The notes under the pieces were generated by a model. It was not told the DNA's origin, ran no database searches, and was given only the letters and a program-made list of their open reading frames with translations. A DNA stretch of 64,000 nt from contig JAPLVK010000013.1 in NCBI GenBank assembly GCA_026397175.1, positions 8,232-72,231 of the forward strand, written 5' to 3'. A program made the translations under genes and the position numbers. The stretch comes from Candidatus Berkelbacteria bacterium. GTDB taxonomy: Bacteria > Patescibacteriota > UBA1384 > DTJR01. This document shows, one piece after another, positions 17,246-26,998 of this stretch; the first letter of the stretch is position 1, and each line of letters begins with the position of its first letter.

Positions 17246-18763
17246 ATGGCAAAAAATACATCAGCAAATATAGGGTTTGAGGAAAAGCTTTGGGCGGCGG
17301 CAGATAAGATGCGCGGCAATATGGATCCAGCCGAATACAAGCATATTGTTTTAGGTCTTATTTTTTTGAAGTATATTTCGGACTCATTTGAATTGCTTCA
17401 CTCCAAAATTGAGAAAGAAGATGGGAGCGATGAAGCCGAGGACAAGGATTATTATACCGCCGAAAATACTTTCTGGGTGCCAAAAAAATCACGCTGGAAC
17501 TATATTCGTGATAATGCTCGCAAATCTGAAATTGGAAAAATCATTGACGACGCCATGTACGCGATCGAAAAAGAAAATCCTGACCTAAAGGGTGTTTTGC
17601 GCAAAGATTTTGCTCGACCGGCTCTCGACAAACAGCGGCTTGCGGGAGTTATTGATGTTATAAGCCAAGTTGACATGCAGGAAAATCAATCTCGCGATAT
17701 CATCGGCCGCATTTACGAGTATTTTCTTGGCAGATTTGCTGGTAGCGAAGGTAAGGGCGGGGGTGAATTTTATACTCCGCAATGTATAGTTAAACTGCTG
17801 GTAAATATGATTGAGCCATACAGCGGCCGTGTTTATGATCCGTGCTGTGGTAGCGGCGGCATGTTTGTTCAGGCAGAAATTTTCAACCAAAACAGCGAAG
17901 GCAGGAATGACGATTTAATCGTACTTGGTGAAGAGTCAAACCATACCACTTGGCAACTGTGCAAAATGAATCTCGCACTACATCATGTTGACAGTTCTAA
18001 AATAAAGTATGGAAATAGTTTTCACAGCGATCAACATCCAGACCTAAAAGCTGATTTTGTTCTGGCTAATCCGCCCTTCAACGATTCTGATTGGGATGGC
18101 CAGCTTTTGCGAAATGATGTTCGCTGGAAATATGGTGTGCCGCCAACTAGCAATGCAAACTATGCTTGGATGCAACATTTCATCCACCATTTATCGCCAA
18201 CCGGAATAGCCGGTTTCGTTATGGCGAACGGTGCAATGGCGGCGAACCAGTCCGGTGAGGGCGAAATCAGAAAGAATTTAATCAAGGCCGGCCTAGTTGA
18301 TTGTATGATAGCAATGCCAGACAAGCTTTTTTATAATGTACAAATTCCTTGCTCATTGTGGTTTCTGTCGCGCGATCGGTACGATCACAAATTCCGTAAC
18401 CGTCATGATGAAATTCTCTTTATCGATGCGCGAAAAATCGGCAAAATGGTTGACCGTCGACATCGCGAACTATCGGAAGAAGATATTAAAAAAATATCGG
18501 ATACATATCACAACTGGCGAAGTACAAGCGGTAAATATGAAGATATCAAAGGATTCTGCAAAGCCGCGAAAATAGAAGAGGTGGAGAAAAATGGTTTTGT
18601 CTTAACCCCCGGTCGCTATGTCGGCACCGAGCTCGTCGAGGAAGACGACGAAGTTTTTGAGGAAAAAATGAAGCGATTAACCACCGAACTTAACCAGCAG
18701 TTTGAGCAATCAAAAAGAATGGAAGAAAAAATTAGTGATATTTGGAATAAAATTGAATATTAA
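17246..18763 (+). CDS. hsdM: Type I R-M methyltransferase subunit
   Basis: [36 protein letters not shown]. Confidence 0.96.
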   Translation: MAKNTSANIGFEEKLWAAADKMRGNMDPAEYKHIVLGLIFLKYISDSFELLHSKIEKEDGSDEAEDKDYYTAENTFWVPKKSRWNYIRDNARKSEIGKIIDDAMYAIEKENPDLKGVLRKDFARPALDKQRLAGVIDVISQVDMQENQSRDIIGRIYEYFLGRFAGSEGKGGGEFYTPQCIVKLLVNMIEPYSGRVYDPCCGSGGMFVQAEIFNQNSEGRNDDLIVLGEESNHTTWQLCKMNLALHHVDSSKIKYGNSFHSDQHPDLKADFVLANPPFNDSDWDGQLLRNDVRWKYGVPPTSNANYAWMQHFIHHLSPTGIAGFVMANGAMAANQSGEGEIRKNLIKAGLVDCMIAMPDKLFYNVQIPCSLWFLSRDRYDHKFRNRHDEILFIDARKIGKMVDRRHRELSEEDIKKISDTYHNWRSTSGKYEDIKGFCKAAKIEEVEKNGFVLTPGRYVGTELVEEDDEVFEEKMKRLTTELNQQFEQSKRMEEKISDIWNKIEY

Positions 18764-19484
18764 CCAAGCAGAATTAAAACTCCTTAAACTTTTAAAAGAC
18801 ATTAATCATTTCTATGTAGACAAATGTCTTGATTCTGTTGAAACTTGCAAATTGTCGTGTTTGCACGACAAGGTACTATTTGTTCTTTTTCTTAAAAGCT
18901 ATCAAACTTCCACGGCTATGTCACAAATCAGTGAGTATGATGAAGAATTATTAATGCTTGCAAGAACAATATTTGAAAATTATATTAATGCGAAATATAT
19001 ATTGAAAAACGACTCTGAAAAAATGGCTAAGTTGTTTTTAAACTTTGGTAAGATGTCTTCAATTAACTTATTAATTAAAATGAGTCCAGCCAGTAGCTCA
19101 AAGAAATTACTTTTACGATTAAAAATGTTACAGTCAGAGAGGGTGGCAGAAACAAAGAGTTTTGAAATAACAAGTCAATATAATTGGTCTTGCAAAACGC
19201 TGAAGTATATGGCTGAGTCTGTCGGATGCCTCGACGAATATGACATTACCTATAATTTATGTAGTATGTCAATCCACTCATGCTCTGTTAATCTTAAAAG
19301 GTATATTTTGCCCGAGGTTGAAAAGAATGATCAACTTAAAATACTTTCAAAATTAATTTCGATTAATAATAACTTAATGATGTTAGAGTTAGTATCTGAG
19401 CATTTTAATCTTGGGTTAGAAAACGATATTAAAGATTTTGCTAATGTCAAAAAAAGTATTGTTGATACATTAAGCTTTAAATAA
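18753..19484 (+). CDS. DUF5677-like protein (cargo within the R-M locus)
   Basis: LARTIFE..INAKYI and Y..CS..IH motifs; AT-rich; likely TTG start overlapping the hsdM stop. Confidence 0.55.
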   Translation: MNINQAELKLLKLLKDINHFYVDKCLDSVETCKLSCLHDKVLFVLFLKSYQTSTAMSQISEYDEELLMLARTIFENYINAKYILKNDSEKMAKLFLNFGKMSSINLLIKMSPASSSKKLLLRLKMLQSERVAETKSFEITSQYNWSCKTLKYMAESVGCLDEYDITYNLCSMSIHSCSVNLKRYILPEVEKNDQLKILSKLISINNNLMMLELVSEHFNLGLENDIKDFANVKKSIVDTLSFK

Positions 19485-19539
19485 TAGCATTAATAATAAA
19501 AAAAATCCAAGATACCAAGCTGGGGCTAATTAGAGAGGA

Positions 19540-20178
19540 TTGGATAACAATAAAATGAAAACAGCCATGGATTATATAGTCAATCATAAAGAATATTTTG
19601 TGATTATTGCCCAGCTAGCAATAGCTCCATTGGTTATTGGTGTTATTTCCGGTTATGTGGCAAACGCGCTGTCAGCAAAAATTGATAAGAAGAAGTGGGA
19701 ACACGCAGAAAATTATTTTAATAAACAAGTCGAAATTCTATTAATGAAAACGCTACTATCTTTAAGAATTTATTCTGGGCTCAAGCTCGATAACGAATTT
19801 GCGGAAGGGAAGAAGGTTTTAGATTTTATAAAAATAAATCTCATCGATAATATTGAAAATTATAAAAAGACAATAATGTTTCCGACCGCAAAAGCTGGTC
19901 AGATGTTCGCTAGCAATCTAGCAGGTTTGAAGCAAGAGTCAGAGTCTTTGCATAGACAATTGCTTAGTTTTCAAATTCCAAATGCTAAACTCCTTAAAAT
20001 AATTGAGGATCTAATACAAGAGATCGATTTAATCCTAATCCCTTTTCAAGTGTTCCCAGAAATTATTGATCCTCAATATGCTAGTGATAAAAATCTAGAA
20101 TTAGATAGAAGTAGTCTATTTGTTAATTATAAAAACCTAGCAATTATTAGCTATAAGTTTATAAATGATATTACATAA
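19540..20178 (+). CDS. Hypothetical protein with an N-terminal TM helix (cargo)
   Basis: Hydrophobic VIIAQLAIAPLVIGVISGYVA followed by a soluble helical region; overlaps the hsdS start. Confidence 0.7.
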   Translation: MDNNKMKTAMDYIVNHKEYFVIIAQLAIAPLVIGVISGYVANALSAKIDKKKWEHAENYFNKQVEILLMKTLLSLRIYSGLKLDNEFAEGKKVLDFIKINLIDNIENYKKTIMFPTAKAGQMFASNLAGLKQESESLHRQLLSFQIPNAKLLKIIEDLIQEIDLILIPFQVFPEIIDPQYASDKNLELDRSSLFVNYKNLAIISYKFINDIT

Positions 20179-21358
20179 CGACACAAAATTTAAAGAAACT
20201 GAGCTGGGACTAATTCCGGAGGATTGGGAAATTGATATGCTCGGAAACCGAGCCGATGTTATCATGGGCCAATCTCCTGAATCAAAATATTACAACAAAA
20301 ACCAAGAGGGCCTGTACTTTATGCAAGGGGTAAGAACCTTTGGCGAAAAATATCCGATCTTTGACACTTGGACGACAAGCGCAACTAAAACCGCACCAGC
20401 AGAATCAGTTCTTATGAGCGTCAGAGCTCCGGTTGGTGATCTAAACATTACTCCAGTAGAAATGTGTCTTGGCCGAGGCCTTGCTGCCATAAATGCTAAA
20501 AATGGCAATAACGAATACATCTATCAGCTATTAGAAGCATATCGAGATAAAGTCCTTGGGCAAGAGACGGGAACAGTCTATGGTTCTATTTCTAGAGATG
20601 ACATTTTTAACCTAGAACTACCTTTTGCCCCAAAAGATGAACAGCAAAAAATTGCGGAGGTTTTGGGGACGTTGGATGAGAAGATTGAATTGAATCACAA
20701 AATGAATAAAACTCTGGAATCCCTCGCCCAGGCGATATTTAAAAAATGGTTTATCGAGAATGCTGATCCGGACTGGGAAACTAAGAAACTTAAAGACATT
20801 TGTGAAATTAAAAATGGCTTTGCATTTAAAAGTGGAGATTATTCAAAAGAAGGCATTTTTCTATTACGCACAAGCAATTTTAACTCTGAAGGATACGCGG
20901 TTAAAAATGACCCCATATTTTTACCGAATAATTTCTATCAAACATTCTCAAATTACCGTCTCAAAAGATTTGATATATTGCTTGTAATGGTTGGAGCGAG
21001 TGTTGGTAAGCGATCATTTGTATTTTCAAATATATTGCCAGCACTTCAGAATCAGAATATGTGGAATTTCCGTGCGTATGACCAAAAGAATCAGTTCTTC
21101 CTAAAATTTATGATTGATCAAATTGTCGAATCGAATATTGGATCGGCTTCTGGCAGTGCTCGAGATTTTTTTCGTAAGGATTATTTCAGAGAAATCGAAT
21201 TCAACTTACCCAACCAGAATCTTCTTGATAAATTTTATGAAAGATTATTACCCCAGTTCGAAATGATTGATAAAAATATAAAAGAAATCGACACTTTATC
21301 GCAAATCCGCGATTCCCTTTTGCCAAGATTAATGAGTGGAAAACTGAGGGTAACTTAA
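20165..21358 (+). CDS. hsdS: Type I R-M specificity subunit
   Basis: FKETELGLIPEDW, two TRDs, EQQKIA.VL..LD.KIELN..MN.TLE, RDSLLPRLMSG. Confidence 0.95.
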   Translation: MILHNDTKFKETELGLIPEDWEIDMLGNRADVIMGQSPESKYYNKNQEGLYFMQGVRTFGEKYPIFDTWTTSATKTAPAESVLMSVRAPVGDLNITPVEMCLGRGLAAINAKNGNNEYIYQLLEAYRDKVLGQETGTVYGSISRDDIFNLELPFAPKDEQQKIAEVLGTLDEKIELNHKMNKTLESLAQAIFKKWFIENADPDWETKKLKDICEIKNGFAFKSGDYSKEGIFLLRTSNFNSEGYAVKNDPIFLPNNFYQTFSNYRLKRFDILLVMVGASVGKRSFVFSNILPALQNQNMWNFRAYDQKNQFFLKFMIDQIVESNIGSASGSARDFFRKDYFREIEFNLPNQNLLDKFYERLLPQFEMIDKNIKEIDTLSQIRDSLLPRLMSGKLRVT

Positions 21359-21373
21359 TTAATAAGGAGAAGT

Positions 21374-22096
21374 ATGAGCAAAAAGAATGACTCATTTATT
21401 TCTAGACAAATCATAGAAGTCCGTTTTAAAAACAAAGTATTCAATTTTATTGATATCAGGGGAGAGTTTGCTGATTATGTTGTTAATAAATTGAAGTACG
21501 AAGAAATTGCAATTGCTGGAAATAGGGTTGACTTTACAACACTTGATAGAACTAAAAAAAGCTTTTTCAGCTGGGAAAACTTCGGGATTCAGCTTGACGG
21601 AGAAGGTAATTTCGACAACTTCAATAAGAGTATTAGTGAAAATATTGTAATGCTCAAAAATTATAAAAAAATTTCTCTTCCAGAAATAATTAGGATCGGT
21701 ACGCGGATTACTGGGTTGTATCACTTCCCAAATAAGTCAGTCGCCCAAATCAAGAAATCATTCGATGATGTATTCTTCTCTCATCAGGCACTATTTGAGG
21801 AGAAATCTGGAATATCAATTAAGGATAATGGGCTTTTTGCAATGGATATAGAAAAAGAAGGATTAAAGGCTCATGTTAGCGTCGGGATAATGACTAAAGA
21901 TGAATCGATCGCAAAAGTTTTTTCGGATAAACTCTATGATGCTTACAATTACGAATCAGGAATTTTTCATGATATCGACTTATATGACGAGGCTCCAACA
22001 GTTAAAAACTTTGATGACCTTCAGTCGAGAGTATCATCTCAAATTGAAAAACTGAGACAGTTACAATTAGATATTGTAAAAAAACTGGAGCAATAA
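21374..22096 (+). CDS. Hypothetical protein (weak TIGR04255-like resemblance; cargo)
   Basis: N-terminal IIEVRF, central RIGTR and C-terminal DIDLY pattern. Confidence 0.55.
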   Translation: MSKKNDSFISRQIIEVRFKNKVFNFIDIRGEFADYVVNKLKYEEIAIAGNRVDFTTLDRTKKSFFSWENFGIQLDGEGNFDNFNKSISENIVMLKNYKKISLPEIIRIGTRITGLYHFPNKSVAQIKKSFDDVFFSHQALFEEKSGISIKDNGLFAMDIEKEGLKAHVSVGIMTKDESIAKVFSDKLYDAYNYESGIFHDIDLYDEAPTVKNFDDLQSRVSSQIEKLRQLQLDIVKKLEQ

Positions 22097-22097
22097 G

Positions 22098-22619
22098 ATG
22101 GACGAGAACCAGGCAGATCACACCCAAGGCTCTGCTATACAACCGGACTTTATTTCTGTTAAAAATTCCGGGGAAGAGACAAGCCCAGGAACTGAGAAAA
22201 ATATTGATAAAGTTATTGAGGACAAGGGTCCCGGGGGTTTTGTAATTGGCTTAGTTGATTCATTTGAGAAAAAATTTCCTACTGCCTTCTTTATTCTCGT
22301 GGTTGTAGGATATATTATTATCGAATCATTTGGTTCTCATAATATAAGAATTTACCAATACTCGGCAGTAATCTTGGTGAGCTTGATATTCTATTGTTTT
22401 TTAAAGTATTCGAGCGAAATTTTTGGTTGGTTTAGGCGGATTGGGTTAGAAGCAAAAAATAATCAAATAGCTACATATCTGGTCTCGTTTCTTGTTGTTG
22501 CGGTATTATGTATAGTATATTACTATTTCGGAACTCCGAAGTTATACTTTGAAAAGCGTCATAAGATTATCAATTCCGCTTGTGTGCAAACACAGCAATT
22601 TATTAAGGGGACTGAATGA
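22098..22619 (+). CDS. Membrane protein with about 3 TM helices (cargo)
   Basis: Three hydrophobic stretches; stop overlaps the hsdR start (ATGA). Confidence 0.7.
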   Translation: MDENQADHTQGSAIQPDFISVKNSGEETSPGTEKNIDKVIEDKGPGGFVIGLVDSFEKKFPTAFFILVVVGYIIIESFGSHNIRIYQYSAVILVSLIFYCFLKYSSEIFGWFRRIGLEAKNNQIATYLVSFLVVAVLCIVYYYFGTPKLYFEKRHKIINSACVQTQQFIKGTE

Positions 22620-25600
22620 AATATACAGAATCAACATTAGAAGAAGCGACGAAGGAATGGTTTGAGGAATTGGGATACCAAACTATTTATGGGCCGGAGA
22701 TTGAGTCGGAAGCCGAAAAAGCCGAGCGGAAGGACTTTTCGCAAGTGGTTTTGGAAGGACGGCTAAAAAGTGCAATTGAAAAGCTAAATCCAAACATTCC
22801 AGCGGATGCAGTCGAAGAAGCATTTAAGAAAGTGGTTAATGTTACAAATGCTACTTCGCTTTTGATTTCGAACAATCAGCTTTTTCATAAATATTTGGTA
22901 AATGGAATTGATGTTGAGTATCGCCGAGACGATGGCACGATTGCTGGGGATAAAGTCTGGCTTATAGATAAAGAGAATATTGATAATAATGATTGGGTTT
23001 GGCTGGATCAGTTTACGGTAAAAGAGAACGAGATCCTGAAACAAGTTCAGGATGACACAAGGGTCAGGCGGCCGGATGTGGTGATATTTGTGAACGGTTT
23101 GCCACTCGCTGTTTTTGAACTCAAGAATTTGGCTGATGAAAATGTGGGGATCAAAGAAGCGTTCAATCAGTTTCAAACTTATAAAAACGATATTCCCTCG
23201 CTTTTTGCATATAGCGAACTTCTGGTAATTTCCGACGGGGCGGAAGCCAAAGTCGGCTCCATAACCTCGGATAATGATCGGTTTATGCGCTGGCGAAGTG
23301 TTGACGGCGCAGAATTAGCAAGCGATGCCGTGCCACAATTAGAAACTTTAATTAAAGGAGTGTTTGATAAAAAGCGCTTTCTGGACATTGTTTGTAATTT
23401 TATTGTTTTTAATACATTTAAAACCCCACTTCGCCAAGGTTACGCGGGGCAGGCATCCGGCGTAGAAAATATTGCCAAGATAGTACCGGCTTATCACCAG
23501 TATTTTGCAACAAACAAAGCCCTAGAAAGCACTATTCAGGCAACTGCAGATGATGGCGATCAGCGCGCCGGTGTGGTTTGGCACACACAGGGAAGCGGAA
23601 AGAGTTTAACTATGGCATTCTATGCCGGCAAGCTGATCCAAGCTTTGAAAAATCCGACGGTTGTTGTTTTGACTGATAGGAACGATTTGGACGATCAGCT
23701 TTTTGATACTTTTAGCAAGTGTTCCGACCTATTAAAACAAACACCTGTTCAAGCCAAGAACCGACGACACCTACGAGAGCTTCTGAAAGTAGCCAGTGGC
23801 GGGGTGGTATTTACTACCATTCAAAAGTTTTTGGACAAGGGTTTTCTGGAGAAAATGTTGTTAACTGATCGAAGAAATGCTGTAGTGATTGCCGATGAAG
23901 CCCACCGCAGCCAATATGATTTTATTGATGGCTATGCCAGAAGCATGAGAGAATCATTACCAAATGCTTCGTTTATTGGCTTTACGGGTACACCGATCGA
24001 GTTGTCCGACAAAAACACAAAGGCGGTTTTTGGCGGTTATGTCGATGTCTATGATATTTCCCAAGCTGTGGCCGATAAAGCAACCGTGCCGATATTTTAT
24101 GAAGCCAGATTGGCAAAAATTAATTTACTGGAAAGTGAAAAACCAAAAATTGATGCTGATTTCAATGATATTACTGAGGGCGAAGAAGTCGAAATGGTTG
24201 AGAAGCTCAAGAATAAATGGGCGCGACTTGAGGCGATGGTCGGTAGCGAAAAACGAATTAAACAAATTGCGCAGGATATTGTCGAACATTTCGAAAACCG
24301 GCTAGATGTGATGGATGGCAAGGGGATGATAGTTTCGATGAGTCGAAGAATTGCTGTTGAACTTTATGATGAAATTATTAAGCTTAGGCCGGATTGGCAT
24401 AACGATTCTGATAAAAAAGGTTTTATTAAAGTAATTATGACCGGTTCGGCCAGTGATCCATTGCCTTATCAAAAACATATTCGCAATAAAGAGTCTTTGC
24501 GCGAGATGGCAGATCGGATGAAAGATCCGAGCGATGAGTTGAAATTGGTAATTGTTCGGGACATGTGGCTGACAGGTTTTGATGTGCCAAGCATGCACAC
24601 AATGTACATAGATAAGCCGATGAAGGGTCATGGACTGATGCAGGCGATTGCTAGAGTTAATCGAGTTTATAAAGAGAAGCCGGGCGGTTTGGTTGTTGAC
24701 TATTTAGGCATTGCTCCGCAACTCAAGGAGGCCTTGGCTGAATATTCCGAAAACGATCAGGAAAACACGGCAATAGATCAGGAGAAAGCCGTTTCTGTCA
24801 TGCTTGAGAAATTCGAAGTTTTGCGAGGAATATTTCACGAGTTTGATTACGAGAGATATTTTAAGATGAAGCGATCTGACAAGACGAAATTTTTCGGTGA
24901 TGCTATGGATTTTGTTTTATCAATAGAGCCGGATAATGAAGAATCTAAAAAACGGTTTAATAAGGCAGTGGTTGAGCTATCAAAAGCCTTTGCTCTGGCA
25001 GTGCCGCACGAAAAAGCATTAAAGATTAAGGATCATGTCGGGTTTTTCCAGGCGTTAAAAGCATATGTTCGAAAAATTTCGCCTGTTTCCGGGCCGACTG
25101 AAGAAGATTATGATTTAGCCATCAAGCAAATTGTTTCAGATTCGATCGCATCCGGCGAAATAATCGATGTATTTAAGGCGGCTGGACTCGGTAAGCCAAA
25201 TGTTGAAATTCTCTCCGATGAATTTTTGGAGGAAGTGCGAGGGCTGGGCAGAAAAAATGTTGCTTTGGAAATATTAAAGAAGCTGCTGAATGATGAGATC
25301 AGATCGATTATGCGCAAGAATATGGTAAAAGGAAAATCATTTGCCGAGATGTTGGAAGCGACTCTGATTAAATATCAAAACCGAACAATAGAAGCGGCAC
25401 AGGTGATTGCCGATCTAATTGAACTGGCTAAAGAATTGAGAGGCGAAGTTAAGCGAGGAAAAGAGACGGGGCTGTCTGACGATGAAATTGCGTTTTACGA
25501 TGCTTTGGCCGAAAATGAGAGCGCAAAACTTGAGATTGGTGATGAAACGCTAAAAAAGATCGCCAAAGAGCTGGTTGTGATGATGCGAGAGAACGCGACG

Positions 25601-25759
25601 ATTGATTGGACATTGCGCGACGCAATTAAAGCAAGAATGAGAATCTATATTAAGAAATTGTTGAAAAAGTACGATTATCCGCCAGACAAACAGGAAGGCG
25701 CAACTCAGCTGGTTTTGTTGCAAGCCGAAACGATTGGAAAAGATTGGGGAGAAAAGTAA
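22616..25759 (+). CDS. hsdR: Type I R-M restriction subunit
   Basis: RPD...NGLPL..FELK nuclease motif, [32 protein letters not shown]-terminal YPPD. Confidence 0.96.
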   Translation: MKYTESTLEEATKEWFEELGYQTIYGPEIESEAEKAERKDFSQVVLEGRLKSAIEKLNPNIPADAVEEAFKKVVNVTNATSLLISNNQLFHKYLVNGIDVEYRRDDGTIAGDKVWLIDKENIDNNDWVWLDQFTVKENEILKQVQDDTRVRRPDVVIFVNGLPLAVFELKNLADENVGIKEAFNQFQTYKNDIPSLFAYSELLVISDGAEAKVGSITSDNDRFMRWRSVDGAELASDAVPQLETLIKGVFDKKRFLDIVCNFIVFNTFKTPLRQGYAGQASGVENIAKIVPAYHQYFATNKALESTIQATADDGDQRAGVVWHTQGSGKSLTMAFYAGKLIQALKNPTVVVLTDRNDLDDQLFDTFSKCSDLLKQTPVQAKNRRHLRELLKVASGGVVFTTIQKFLDKGFLEKMLLTDRRNAVVIADEAHRSQYDFIDGYARSMRESLPNASFIGFTGTPIELSDKNTKAVFGGYVDVYDISQAVADKATVPIFYEARLAKINLLESEKPKIDADFNDITEGEEVEMVEKLKNKWARLEAMVGSEKRIKQIAQDIVEHFENRLDVMDGKGMIVSMSRRIAVELYDEIIKLRPDWHNDSDKKGFIKVIMTGSASDPLPYQKHIRNKESLREMADRMKDPSDELKLVIVRDMWLTGFDVPSMHTMYIDKPMKGHGLMQAIARVNRVYKEKPGGLVVDYLGIAPQLKEALAEYSENDQENTAIDQEKAVSVMLEKFEVLRGIFHEFDYERYFKMKRSDKTKFFGDAMDFVLSIEPDNEESKKRFNKAVVELSKAFALAVPHEKALKIKDHVGFFQALKAYVRKISPVSGPTEEDYDLAIKQIVSDSIASGEIIDVFKAAGLGKPNVEILSDEFLEEVRGLGRKNVALEILKKLLNDEIRSIMRKNMVKGKSFAEMLEATLIKYQNRTIEAAQVIADLIELAKELRGEVKRGKETGLSDDEIAFYDALAENESAKLEIGDETLKKIAKELVVMMRENATIDWTLRDAIKARMRIYIKKLLKKYDYPPDKQEGATQLVLLQAETIGKDWGEK

Positions 25760-25870
25760 CGATTGCCGCGCAAATTGATAAAATTTTTATAGCTTATTCC
25801 AAAAAAGATTTTGAGTTGCCTGGCGAATTATTAGAAAACAAGATGAAAACGAAAAAATTTAGGGGGGATC

Positions 25871-26272
25871 ATGAACTATCAGAAATCATACACCAACTAC
25901 AAACGCCCGCCGCTTTCGCCGCCGCCATATTTGTTTGGAATTGTTTGGCCGATTCTGTATGTGCTGATTATCATTTCATACGGATTTGTTTTCTATCAGG
26001 CGATTAAGGGAAATATTTCAGGGTTGCTTACTATCCCATTCATCATTAATCTAATTGCCAACGGACTTTTTACTTATTTTCAATTTAAGCTCAAGAATAA
26101 TCTTCTGGCTGCAATTGATATTGTCATTGTTCTTGCCACAATAATCCTGACTATGATTTTGATCTGGCCGGATTATCATTGGGTTACATATCTACAAATT
26201 CCGTATTTGATCTGGGTAATATTTGCCACCTATCTGCAATTCGGAGTCACAATCTTAAATCGCGATAATTGA
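25871..26272 (+). CDS. tspO: TspO/MBR family protein
   Basis: RPPLSPP..LFG.VWP.LY and PYL.WV.FA.YL motifs. Confidence 0.88.
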   Translation: MNYQKSYTNYKRPPLSPPPYLFGIVWPILYVLIIISYGFVFYQAIKGNISGLLTIPFIINLIANGLFTYFQFKLKNNLLAAIDIVIVLATIILTMILIWPDYHWVTYLQIPYLIWVIFATYLQFGVTILNRDN

Positions 26273-26312
26273 TCCAAACGCAATTTTTTTGGAAATAAAA
26301 TAATGGAGGAAT

Positions 26313-26663
26313 ATGGGCGAAATAGAAGGATCGATTGGTGTTGCTCAATATAAAGATTTACTTGATATGATGCCCGCAGAAAAACTACCGGTCTCGAGAG
26401 ATGAGCTAAGGATACTACAGGGTTCAATGAAATATTGGTATCCCGACTTTTATAATATGCACAGTCCTTTGGTCAAAGAATACGGAGATGGAGTGGTCAG
26501 AGCGACAAGGTTGCACCATCTTCTATCCGGAAGCAGCTTACCAATTTCAGATTGGGAGAAATTCAAAAACGATACTCCGGGTGGCGAAATGGGTGATTTT
26601 ACAAGATCGGTTGTCGAGAAATATGGTCCAGAAGACAAGGGTGCCTTAGACAGGACCGCTTAA
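26313..26663 (+). CDS. Hypothetical protein
   Basis: 116-aa ORF with GGAGG SD upstream. Confidence 0.65.
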   Translation: MGEIEGSIGVAQYKDLLDMMPAEKLPVSRDELRILQGSMKYWYPDFYNMHSPLVKEYGDGVVRATRLHHLLSGSSLPISDWEKFKNDTPGGEMGDFTRSVVEKYGPEDKGALDRTA

Positions 26664-26669
26664 AAAGTA

Positions 26670-26843
26670 CCCTTGACCCTTGGAGAAGCTACACTTTTAC
26701 CTTGACGATTATTCTGCCCGTATTAGCTAAAGCACCTGCCCAAAGCTGCTGCAACGCTGCAGGCGGGTAAAGTATCAGAGCTTTTGCAGACGGGCGATAA
26801 AGATTAGTAATAACCGATACTCTCGTGTTGGGGTTGACAAGGC
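26670..26843. ncRNA. Candidate rod-shaped ncRNA (6S-like architecture)
   Basis: Nested complementarity: CCTTGACCC/GGGTTGACAAGG, GCCCGT/ACGGGC, GCTAAAGC/GCTTTTGC, ACCTGCC/GGCGGGT, TGCA/TGCA. Confidence 0.35.
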
Positions 26844-26862
26844 AGGGGAAAAAAGTTACAAT
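26834..26862 (+). promoter_or_regulatory. sigma70 promoter of rpoBC
   Basis: TTGACA-17 bp-TACAAT. Confidence 0.8.
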
Positions 26863-26998
26863 TAAGTAAATATTTAAGAATCATAGAGAAAACAGCTTGT
26901 GAAAAAACATTTCTGCTAGAAAAAGCAGGAGGGGTTTGCTTGCGTTGGGCAAGGTAATTTAAGTTTTGTAACAAATCAACTTAAGGGGAATCTTCAAC

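Noticed and set aside
25744-26007. ORF 25744..26007 bridging hsdR and tspO
   Set aside because: It overlaps tspO out of frame and has no recognisable domain.
13673-26663. Prophage or autonomous integrative element
   Set aside because: No integrase, terminase, structural or conjugation genes, and I saw no flanking att repeats. Bro-N and KilA-N alone are insufficient.
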